A DNA stretch of 40,086 nucleotides. Source: a virus. Position 1 is the stretch's first letter. Each line of letters opens with the position of its first letter. The position numbers and the translations under genes were made by a program. The notes below the pieces were generated by a model. The model saw only the letters and a list, made by a program, of their open reading frames with translations, was not told where the DNA came from and searched no databases. Shown in pieces: positions 27,285-34,460 of the stretch. The stretch lies in UHGV virus genome UHGV-0038373, one strand, 5' to 3'.

Positions 27285-27666
27285 ACCACACCTCCAACTT
27301 GTCATCTGCAATATCTGGTAAATCTGGTTGTTCATAATTGAAATAAATATCATCTGCACCATAGTACACTGCACTTTCCATGTTATCCAAATAAAGTAAT
27401 AGGTCCTCTAAATCGTCAAGCGTATCTCTTAATAGTAAACCATATCCACCAGCACATCTAACCTCTTGTAAATATCTAATCTGTAATGGGTCTGGTTGGT
27501 AGTTACCTGTTTTAAGCTCTAAAGCGATATAATAGCCACTATAACACGCTTCAACATCTGCACGACCAACACGGTCATATATGCTTGCAGTATTGACGTT
27601 TACTAATGCACCTTTAGCTTTCAAATAGTCTACTACTTCTCTACTAAATTTAGATTCCTTTCCCAT
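27277..27666 (-). CDS. VRR-NUC domain nuclease
   Basis: 129 aa. 'GRADVEACYSGYYIALELKTGNYQPDPLQIRYLQEV' matches the PD-(D/E)xK VRR-NUC core. Confidence 0.65.
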   Translation of the reverse strand: MGKESKFSREVVDYLKAKGALVNVNTASIYDRVGRADVEACYSGYYIALELKTGNYQPDPLQIRYLQEVRCAGGYGLLLRDTLDDLEDLLLYLDNMESAVYYGADDIYFNYEQPDLPDIADDKLEVWYD

Positions 27667-27883
27667 AGTTTGAACCCCCTTTTTTATTACCTTGTAACAT
27701 ATTTGTTATAAGTTCAATACCTTCTTCTACGTCAATTCCTTGTTGGCTGAATAGTCCTAACATTGCTAACGTACCATATGTTAAATATTTTTCCATCTCT
27801 TCCTGTGTAATACCTTTAGTTCTGAAATCATTTTCCATTTCACTCAAAATATTATCAATTGCAATAATCCGTTCTGTTTTCAT
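27650..27883 (-). CDS. hypothetical protein (77 aa)
   Basis: ORF. Confidence 0.3.
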   Translation of the reverse strand: MKTERIIAIDNILSEMENDFRTKGITQEEMEKYLTYGTLAMLGLFSQQGIDVEEGIELITNMLQGNKKGGSNYGKGI

Positions 27884-27885
27884 TT

Positions 27886-28095
27886 TTATTCTTCCTCTCC
27901 AATTACTAATTCAATTGCGCCCCACGATTCATTGTAACTGATATTCAATACTTTTGTCAACTCACTATACTTATTAAATAATCGTGCTACTGACTTGTCG
28001 CTTGTTGTGTCAATTACTAATGCAGTCATACCATTTGATTCTTTCACTACTAAAAAATGACTGTCAACCACTTCATACGCTTGTAATAAATTCAT
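27886..28095 (-). CDS. hypothetical protein (probable start at MNLLQAYE; track ORF to 28122)
   Basis: AAGGAGGA RBS upstream of the internal ATG. Confidence 0.3.
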   Translation of the reverse strand: MNLLQAYEVVDSHFLVVKESNGMTALVIDTTSDKSVARLFNKYSELTKVLNISYNESWGAIELVIGEEE

Positions 28096-28096
28096 G

Positions 28097-28267
28097 TTAT
28101 TTGTCCTCCTTATCGTCGTCACTGAACATTAAAATTAAAAATACTAGTGAAAATGTTGAACCTAATGTTGGACCAACTGAATCCGTTGAACCTGTAAATA
28201 CTATTGTAAAAATCGCCACTAACGCACCTACTAAAATTGCTACTAAAATATTCATATTTTTACTCAT
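28097..28267 (-). CDS. small two-TM membrane protein (56 aa, below the track cutoff)
   Basis: GGAGGA RBS. Sequence MSKNMNILVAILVGALVAIFTIVFTGSTDSVGPTLGSTFSLVFLILMFSDDDKEDK. Confidence 0.35.
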   Translation of the reverse strand: MSKNMNILVAILVGALVAIFTIVFTGSTDSVGPTLGSTFSLVFLILMFSDDDKEDK

Positions 28268-28268
28268 T

Positions 28269-28541
28269 TTATTTATCCTCCAATTTGTTAATTCGTTTTT
28301 CTAATTCGTTAATTAATTGTTCATTATCTAATGATTGAGTGATACTTGATACTTCAATTCCTGATACTACTTTGTACTCCAAGATAATATCTTGTTGACG
28401 TTCGTTCAATTCTTTGTATAAGTGTAATTCTTGTTTAGCTTCATTCAATTTCTGCTTGTTTAAGTTGTTTGCCAACATTGCTGTACTTCCTGAAAAACTC
28501 AATCCTACTGCCAATCCAATGATTAATCCTTTATGTTTCAT
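28269..28541 (-). CDS. small secreted coiled-coil protein with a Sec signal peptide
   Basis: 'MKHKGLIIGLAVGLSFSGSTAMLA' signal peptide, then a coiled coil. Confidence 0.4.
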   Translation of the reverse strand: MKHKGLIIGLAVGLSFSGSTAMLANNLNKQKLNEAKQELHLYKELNERQQDIILEYKVVSGIEVSSITQSLDNEQLINELEKRINKLEDK

Positions 28542-28589
28542 TTATTTATTCCTCCTAATTGATTATATACTTAGTATAAATGATTGTCT

Positions 28590-29033
28590 TTATTTTGTCA
28601 AGTGTTTTGGTAAATTAATTTTTAAATTTTTGTCATATCGCCTTGGGTCAAGTGTCTTGTGAACGTCATCTACTTTGTTTAGATAGCTTGTAATTACTTT
28701 ACCACTTAATAGTGACACCACAATACACTGTACTTCTTTGTTTTTTGAATAGTGTGAACGTAGTAAAATGCGCTTGTCTGCGCCTGTTTCGTTGTACTCT
28801 ACAATTGTACTATTTAACATGGTTTTCATTGTCATTTCATATGAAAATTTAGTTTCACCATTTCTTATTTTATCTTGTAAGTGAAAACCAATCTTGATGC
28901 CACGTTTTAGCCATAAATCTTTTACACGTTCTCTAGCGTTATATACTTGTTCAACTTCCTTGTGTGTAAAGTGTGAAGCGTGTTTCTTTACTTGTCCTTG
29001 CGTTTTCTTTACTGTTCCAATTTGAAAGTCCAT
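28590..29033 (-). CDS. hypothetical protein (147 aa), monocistronic with its own promoter
   Basis: Basic protein. Promoter TTGACA-N17-TATACT upstream (29040-29083). Confidence 0.35.
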   Translation of the reverse strand: MDFQIGTVKKTQGQVKKHASHFTHKEVEQVYNARERVKDLWLKRGIKIGFHLQDKIRNGETKFSYEMTMKTMLNSTIVEYNETGADKRILLRSHYSKNKEVQCIVVSLLSGKVITSYLNKVDDVHKTLDPRRYDKNLKINLPKHLTK

Positions 29034-29069
29034 TTCATATCCTCCCTTTAACTTATGTACTAAGTATAT

Positions 29070-29110
29070 CAGTTGGGGTTGAACTTGTCAACCCCAACTG
29101 ATTTTTATTT
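29070..29110 (+). terminator. plus-strand-oriented hairpin plus T run that overlaps a minus-strand promoter
   Basis: CAGTTGGGGTTGA-ACTTG-TCAACCCCAACTG then ATTTTTATTTT. On the minus strand the same sequence supplies TTGACA-N17-TATACT. Confidence 0.45.
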
Positions 29111-29293
29111 TAAATTTTCTAATACTGTTTCAGTTAGTAAAATCACATCTAACATTTTTTCTAGTCTATCGTTTAGTTCATGTCCTAGTTCTTTGTTTCC
29201 GTTGTCGTATGCTTCAATCATTTGCGCTTTTAACTCGTCATATCTTTTATTTAGTCTTTCTAATTTAGCTTCATATCTTTGTTTTGTTGTCAT
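29105..29293 (-). CDS. hypothetical coiled-coil protein (62 aa)
   Basis: ORF with AAAGGAGG RBS and its own promoter TTGACT-N17-TATACT. Confidence 0.3.
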   Translation of the reverse strand: MTTKQRYEAKLERLNKRYDELKAQMIEAYDNGNKELGHELNDRLEKMLDVILLTETVLENLK

Positions 29294-29337
29294 GTTTGTT
29301 TCCTCCTTTTAACTTATGAACTAAGTATATCATGCTA

Positions 29338-29378
29338 AAAAAAGAAAGTCAACTGTTTTAGTCAACTTTCTTTAATGT
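29338..29378 (-). terminator. minus-strand terminator with an embedded -35 box (terminator-promoter unit, copy 1)
   Basis: Minus-strand AAAGAAAGT-loop(contains TTGACT)-ACTTTCTTT followed by a T run. Its paralogue is at 31000-31042. Confidence 0.5.
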
Positions 29379-29379
29379 T

Positions 29380-30960
29380 TTAGAAAATATTATCTGTTTC
29401 AGTAAAGTTGTTAGCCCATTTGATATTGGTTAGCACATACTGTGGTTTTCCGTTAACTCGTTTTTTAACTCTGTTTAATACAATATTCTGCGATTTACGT
29501 TGTAGTTCTGGCACAAACTTGCGAGCTGAAACGGTCATTAGTCCTTCATTAACTAACATATCGTTATATGCTTCTAATAATTCGTTTGTTTGGATAAATG
29601 AGTTTTCATCTTCCACGAACTCAATTTCGTTCATGTCAATAAAGTTTGCCATTGTGTCATTTCCTTGGATAAAGGCATCACGCAATTTATTTGCATTATC
29701 ACTGGTCCAGAAGTGTCCTTTGGTTTCTCCATTTAGTCCAAATAGTACATTTCTATATTGTTGTAAACAGTAGCTGATAAACTCTGATTTTTCTTCATAT
29801 GTGAAATTCTTTGAACGTTCCAGCCACATTGAATCTGTTGGGTTATCTCTTCCCATAGTCTTGTTAAATGGTAATGTGATAATACGGCGCAAAAAACCAT
29901 GTGAGGTGTCTGAAAACGTAGGCATGTTATTAGTTGTGAAAATCATTAGTGCGTAGTTCGTAAATGTGAACTTGTTAATACCTTTGTACTCTGCACTCAT
30001 AACGTCATTACCTGATAATGTTTTCAGTGTACCTGTTTGTTTAATATGCTGTGCTGGCATATCTGTTTCAATATTCACCATTTTACCAAATAATTGAGAG
30101 CTTGCGAATTTGTCATTATTACCTGACAAGCTAGCTAGTGTTGCATGACTTGTATTTGATTTTCCTACTAGTTCCTCAATAAATGCCATAACGTGAGATT
30201 TACCGTTACTACCTTCACCAGTTGCGAATACCATTGCTTGTGGGTCTTGGTTGCGGTATAAAATACGTCCAATCAATTGGAAAAGTGTTTTTGCGTCCTC
30301 TTCTAAAATATACTCAATCCATTCAGCAACGATATTGTGCTTAGGGTTCTCAATATAATCATATTCAATTCTTGTTGTTTGGTAGTCCTCTTTCACAGTT
30401 GGCTTTAATGTGTCCTCTTTAAAGCGATATGTGCCATTTTTAAAGGCTATTTTGTTTGGGTCCATTTTGTCATTAAATGGTAAGTTAGCACCAGAAGCAA
30501 GCGCATTTTTTGCCATTCTTTGGACTGCATTTCTAAATTGGTTAGCAACCTTTGCATTTTCTGCATAATGTGGTGTGTAGACCATCATAAATTCATTGTA
30601 AAGCTTTTGCCATAAACGAGCTTCTAAATTGTCCTCTGATACCTCATAAATTTTTGTGTCATGGTTGTAAACCACTGGTAAACCAATTGTGGAGCTGGCA
30701 TGAACAGGTAATACCTTAGCCATGTGAACTGCCAAGGCTTCTGCGTTTAAGCCGTCATAACTTGGTTCTGGTCGTTGTGGTTCTGCATTCTTAGCCGCAT
30801 CTCCATTTTTGAAGTCAACTTCCCACTCCTTGTGGTCCTTTTCGTAGTCTGATAATGCTTTCATATATTGCTTGCTAGGTGTCAAAGTCTTTTCAAGCGT
30901 GCTGATAAAACTTAATTCAACTGGTTGGTCATATTCAACTTTTTGTAATTCATTTACCAT
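29380..30960 (-). CDS. D5/P4-type primase-helicase (D5_N-like region, SF3 helicase with Walker A GEGSNGKS, P4-type C-terminal DNA-binding domain)
   Basis: 'FATGEGSNGKSHV' P-loop. C-terminal '...SARKFVPELQRKSQNIVLNRVKKRVNGKPQYVLTNIKW'. Confidence 0.75.
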   Translation of the reverse strand: MVNELQKVEYDQPVELSFISTLEKTLTPSKQYMKALSDYEKDHKEWEVDFKNGDAAKNAEPQRPEPSYDGLNAEALAVHMAKVLPVHASSTIGLPVVYNHDTKIYEVSEDNLEARLWQKLYNEFMMVYTPHYAENAKVANQFRNAVQRMAKNALASGANLPFNDKMDPNKIAFKNGTYRFKEDTLKPTVKEDYQTTRIEYDYIENPKHNIVAEWIEYILEEDAKTLFQLIGRILYRNQDPQAMVFATGEGSNGKSHVMAFIEELVGKSNTSHATLASLSGNNDKFASSQLFGKMVNIETDMPAQHIKQTGTLKTLSGNDVMSAEYKGINKFTFTNYALMIFTTNNMPTFSDTSHGFLRRIITLPFNKTMGRDNPTDSMWLERSKNFTYEEKSEFISYCLQQYRNVLFGLNGETKGHFWTSDNANKLRDAFIQGNDTMANFIDMNEIEFVEDENSFIQTNELLEAYNDMLVNEGLMTVSARKFVPELQRKSQNIVLNRVKKRVNGKPQYVLTNIKWANNFTETDNIF

Positions 30961-30999
30961 TGTTATTCCTCCTAATATCTTATGACATTACTATACCCT

Positions 31000-31042
31000 C
31001 TAAAAAAGAGAAAGTCAACTGTTTTATTTAACTTTCTCCCTT
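31000..31042 (-). terminator. minus-strand terminator with an embedded -35 box (terminator-promoter unit, copy 2)
   Basis: GAGAAAGT-loop-ACTTTCTC plus a T run. TTGACT-N17-TATAGT promoter for the primase-helicase gene. Confidence 0.5.
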
Positions 31043-31060
31043 ATCATAGCATATTTAATT

Positions 31061-31252
31061 TTAAAAATGTTTGTCGTATTGGTATATGCCAATCCATGCT
31101 AGTATAGTTATTACTTCTGTAATTGCGATACATACCCATGCAATAACTTTTAGATTAAGTAATAAAATAATTACTACAAGACCACTTGCGCCAACTGCTA
31201 ACATACTTATTACAATAAATACTGCTATTTCAAGTGCTTCTAATTTACTCAC
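31061..31252 (-). CDS. small membrane protein (63 aa)
   Basis: Two hydrophobic helices. Confidence 0.35.
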   Translation of the reverse strand: MSKLEALEIAVFIVISMLAVGASGLVVIILLLNLKVIAWVCIAITEVITILAWIGIYQYDKHF

Positions 31253-31473
31253 TTTGCTTCCTCCTCAAGTGTAATGTCTAAATCATAAATTATTCCTGTG
31301 TAATCTTCATTAATCAGTTGTAAATGAAATGACCTAACTTTAGAATCAAAGTATTCTTTTAACTCTTTGTTGTCCGTGTGTACATCTGCTGTTTTTACAA
31401 TGTCAACACCTTTGAATATATAACAGGTATCAATATCATTTTCAATTGAATATAATAAATCTTCTACTGTCAT
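31249..31473 (-). CDS. small acidic protein (74 aa)
   Basis: Coupled ORF, strongly acidic. Confidence 0.35.
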   Translation of the reverse strand: MTVEDLLYSIENDIDTCYIFKGVDIVKTADVHTDNKELKEYFDSKVRSFHLQLINEDYTGIIYDLDITLEEEAK

Positions 31474-31688
31474 TTTGTTTCCTCCTCAAATTGTTGTTTC
31501 TGCGCTTTGGTTGCTTTTGTGTCACACATGGTGGGTTGCTTGTGTATCCATGTTTTAGAAACCATGTGTATTTCATTATCTAATAATGTGATAAAATAAC
31601 CACGTGTGTCTATCTGGTCAATTCTGTAAATATTTAAGTCATCTGTGGAAGCCCATATTGAGCCAATCACCTTTACTGAATCACTCAA
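31470..31688 (-). CDS. small protein (72 aa)
   Basis: Coupled ORF. Confidence 0.35.
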   Translation of the reverse strand: MSDSVKVIGSIWASTDDLNIYRIDQIDTRGYFITLLDNEIHMVSKTWIHKQPTMCDTKATKAQKQQFEEETK

Positions 31689-31909
31689 TCTGCATCCTCC
31701 AATACATATAAGATTGAATCAAGTGGTATGGTGATAAATGTGTCTTGCATTTCACCATCAATTTCAATTGCTTCTGGTTTTTCTAATTTTAATAATTTTT
31801 CATCATTTTCAACTGCTTTTTCATACATTACTAAAATTGGTTCTTCTGTATATAATGTGAAAAGTTCATTATTTGTTAGACAAATATAATAGTTTGTTTT
31901 GGTTGTCAT
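31685..31909 (-). CDS. small acidic protein (74 aa)
   Basis: Coupled ORF, acidic. Confidence 0.35.
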   Translation of the reverse strand: MTTKTNYYICLTNNELFTLYTEEPILVMYEKAVENDEKLLKLEKPEAIEIDGEMQDTFITIPLDSILYVLEDAD

Positions 31910-31930
31910 TCTTATTCCTCCTAATCTTCA

Positions 31931-32007
31931 ATATACTTGATAATGTTGTAAGTTCCCCAGATTCCAATTGTTACAAATACTAAACCAAATACTGACATGT
32001 TGTTTTC
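31931..32007 (-). CDS. 25-aa hydrophobic peptide (MSVFGLVFVTIGIWGTYNIIKYIED)
   Basis: Strong TAAGGAGGAA RBS 6 nt upstream. Sits immediately downstream of the palindromic promoter, at the position held by the 68-aa membrane protein in the paralogous cassette. Confidence 0.35.
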
Positions 32008-32026
32008 CTCCTTAGTTATCTTATAC

Positions 32027-32060
32027 ACCTACTATACCATCAGATATAGTAGGTGTCAAG
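32027..32060 (-). promoter_or_regulatory. promoter with palindromic operator, copy 2 (TTGACA-N17-TATAGT; ACCTACTATA-N8-TATAGTAGGT)
   Basis: Minus-strand TTGACAcctactatatctgatggTATAGTaggt. Perfect 10-bp inverted repeat. Confidence 0.65.
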
Positions 32061-32064
32061 TGTT

Positions 32065-32472
32065 TTATAAATAATTTTGTTTTTTTAAAAATTCAAGTGA
32101 TTTTTTAGCTTCTTTTAATTTCATTCGTTTTTCACGCAATGAGTCTTCTTGTTCTTTGATACGCATTCTTTTGTTATGCAAGTTTGTTTGTTCGTTTGCT
32201 AACTGTTTAATTTTATAGTCAATCGCTTCTAAAGTGTCTACTTTGATATTTGCTTTCAATTCAGTTAGTTCTTCTTTTTCTACTAATTCATATTGCGTTT
32301 CTGAAATGAAATAACTTGGGTGTTCTTCGTTCAAATAAATACGGCAGTCATCACTTAAAACATCATCATACGATACAATTTTATAGGTTTTACCAATTTC
32401 TAAACCGTTTCTTTCGTCCATTCCATTGAATCCAGCATATTTTGTAATTTTAGCATATTTATATTTTTTCAT
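32065..32472 (-). CDS. early protein, paralogue A (N-terminal approximately 70-aa 'GKTYKIV...YIYLN' domain plus coiled coil)
   Basis: About 50% identical to 34074-34460 over the N-terminal domain (MKKYKYAKITKY...GLEIGKTYKIV...YFISE.QYELVEKEE). Confidence 0.45.
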   Translation of the reverse strand: MKKYKYAKITKYAGFNGMDERNGLEIGKTYKIVSYDDVLSDDCRIYLNEEHPSYFISETQYELVEKEELTELKANIKVDTLEAIDYKIKQLANEQTNLHNKRMRIKEQEDSLREKRMKLKEAKKSLEFLKKQNYL

Positions 32473-32701
32473 TTCTTTTTCCTCCTTAGTTATATTCCAT
32501 ATTATATAGTCTTTCTTTCATTTTGTCAAGTAATTCATATATGAATTGTTCTTCATTTGGTGGGAATAGTGTTTCAGTTGCAAAGCCACCATAAGTACAT
32601 CTTACTGCTACATAACCATGTATTGGCTCATAACGCATAATGAAATGATAATCCTTGCCGTTGAAACGTGTTCCTTTTTTCAGTCCATGTGTGTATCATT
32701 A

Positions 32702-32920
32702 TTACTTCAACTCTCTATTTTTATAATGGCGTTTCATGCTTTGTACTTCTGTAATACGTCCGCTGATACGTTGAATGCGTTGTGTAATGTTTGCCACAAT
32801 ACTTTGGTCTACTTGTGCCTTACATAGTTCTGCTGATAGTCTTTCGCAAGCTTCCTTTTGTTCATAAATTAATTCTGATTCTCTTTCGTTTAATAATTCA
32901 ATCATGTTTGTTTCCTCCAA
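32702..32920 (-). CDS. hypothetical coiled-coil protein (72 aa)
   Basis: ORF with a promoter plus TGGTTTA inverted repeat upstream. Confidence 0.35.
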   Translation of the reverse strand: MEETNMIELLNERESELIYEQKEACERLSAELCKAQVDQSIVANITQRIQRISGRITEVQSMKRHYKNRELK

Positions 32921-32937
32921 TATATTTTTATTTGTTG

Positions 32938-32990
32938 TGGTTTACATTTATTATACTAAACCATGTTTGGTAATTTGTCAATACTTTTGT
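32938..32990 (-). promoter_or_regulatory. promoter region with inverted repeat TGGTTTAC-N10-(C)TAAACCA, copy 1
   Basis: Paralogous to 35380-35424. The -35 TTGACA is at 32984-32979 (minus strand) and the inverted repeat flanks the -10. Confidence 0.5.
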
Positions 32991-33213
32991 TTAAAAAGTA
33001 TTGAAGAATTTCAATATATAGTGAACCAGTTGGTGTTGTTGAAATAATCATTACCTCACGTTCAAGGTGTGGTTCAATTTTTTTCATATTCTTTGGTATA
33101 TTCTAGTTCTTTTGATTCTGTTAAAATGCAAATCTCTTTATCTGTGCCATGTTGTACTAATACCACCGTTTTATCATATTCAACTAACATTAGTAATTGT
33201 CCTAGTGTAAGGA

Positions 33214-33606
33214 TTATTCTTCCTCCTTAAATAATTCATTATATAATTCTTGAATTCCTTCACGTTTTACTTTTAACATTGCAATCTGTGCTGATATTAT
33301 ATTACTTGGCTTTCCTATCAAATTTCCTGATAAGCGATTAATATCCTTATTATATTGAACAAGTGTTCGCTGGAATACACCTCTAATCGTAGTTCGTTCA
33401 TCAATATTAACCAGCTTAAATTTTGAATCCCAAAATTCATTTAGGGTTTTTTCTAAGTTAAATAGGTTTGGTGCATACTCTGGTACCTCACCATCATTGT
33501 CTATAATACCATAGCCAAGCGCATTTTTAATAATGTCATACTCTTTGCCTTCTGTGAAAAATGGTTCTTGTGGGTCTGCTTTTGTGCATTTCATTGTGTA
33601 TTTCAT
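33214..33606 (-). CDS. early protein carrying the shared 'GKEY.I...YGIIDNDG' domain (130 aa)
   Basis: 'TEGKEYDIIKNALGYGIIDNDGEVPEY' matches the domain seen in 32065, 34074 and 34461. Confidence 0.4.
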   Translation of the reverse strand: MKYTMKCTKADPQEPFFTEGKEYDIIKNALGYGIIDNDGEVPEYAPNLFNLEKTLNEFWDSKFKLVNIDERTTIRGVFQRTLVQYNKDINRLSGNLIGKPSNIISAQIAMLKVKREGIQELYNELFKEEE

Positions 33607-33792
33607 TTATGCTTCCTCCCATTCTTGTACTTCATATCGTTGTTCATAATTAATGAAGAAGTCTGATGGGTTTCTGAAATATACATCTTGTGCTAATGCT
33701 TTTTCCATTGTCTTTCTCCATGTATTACCTGCTGCAACGTTTGTCAATGTTTCTTTGTCAACTACTACATATATTGTCATTTCATTTCCTCC

Positions 33793-33999
33793 TTATAGAA
33801 TATCGTCAAATACTATAGCATAGCAAAGATAAATCATTATTACAACAATTAGAATCATAGAATAGATACCATAAATAATGTATAATATAGAAACAAAAAT
33901 TACAGCTATCTTAAAAATCATTAGTGGTAAGCATAGGATAGTTAATACACTAAAAATTAACCATACTACTATCATAATACGTATAATTTTATCAATCAT
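33793..33999 (-). CDS. very hydrophobic small membrane protein (68 aa)
   Basis: Two or three TM helices. Immediately downstream of palindromic promoter copy 3. Confidence 0.35.
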   Translation of the reverse strand: MIDKIIRIMIVVWLIFSVLTILCLPLMIFKIAVIFVSILYIIYGIYSMILIVVIMIYLCYAIVFDDIL

Positions 34000-34024
34000 T
34001 TTAATTCCTCCAATTTGTTTGTTG

Positions 34025-34059
34025 TTATCTTATGTACCTACTATACCATCAGATATAGT
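34025..34059 (-). promoter_or_regulatory. promoter with palindromic operator, copy 3 (TTGACA-N17-TATAGT; ACCTACTATA-N8-TATAGTAGGT)
   Basis: 45 bp identical to the 32027-32070 element. Confidence 0.65.
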
Positions 34060-34073
34060 AGGTGTCAAGTGTT

Positions 34074-34460
34074 TTATTCAAATTCTTTGATACTTTCAAT
34101 AAGGTTGTTAAGTTTGCGTGCCTTTTTGCTTAAGTTAATTGCCTGTTGCTCCAAGCGGTCACGCTTTTTGAATAAGTGTTCTGCTTCCGTTGTTAGTGAG
34201 TCAATTTTAGCTTGTACACTAGACTTCAAGTCTATAGTTGTTTTAAAAGTTGGTGTTTCTTCTTTTTCAACTAATTCATATTGTCTTTCTGAAATGAAAT
34301 AGTATGGATATTCATCATTTAAATAAATATAGCAATTATCAGTTAAAGGACTCTTATATTCTACAATTTTATATGTTTTACCAATTTCTAAACCAAGTCT
34401 TTTGTCAATGTTATGTGGTCCTAAATATTTTGTAATTTTAGCATATTTATATTTTTTCAT
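34074..34460 (-). CDS. early protein, paralogue B of 32065-32472
   Basis: See paralogue A. Confidence 0.45.
   Translation of the reverse strand: MKKYKYAKITKYLGPHNIDKRLGLEIGKTYKIVEYKSPLTDNCYIYLNDEYPYYFISERQYELVEKEETPTFKTTIDLKSSVQAKIDSLTTEAEHLFKKRDRLEQQAINLSKKARKLNNLIESIKEFE

Noticed and set aside
28590-29033. Assigning the 147-aa basic protein as an ArpU/RinA-like late activator
   Set aside because: Tempting because the late promoters lack -35 boxes, but no sequence motif could be recognised to support it. Left as hypothetical.
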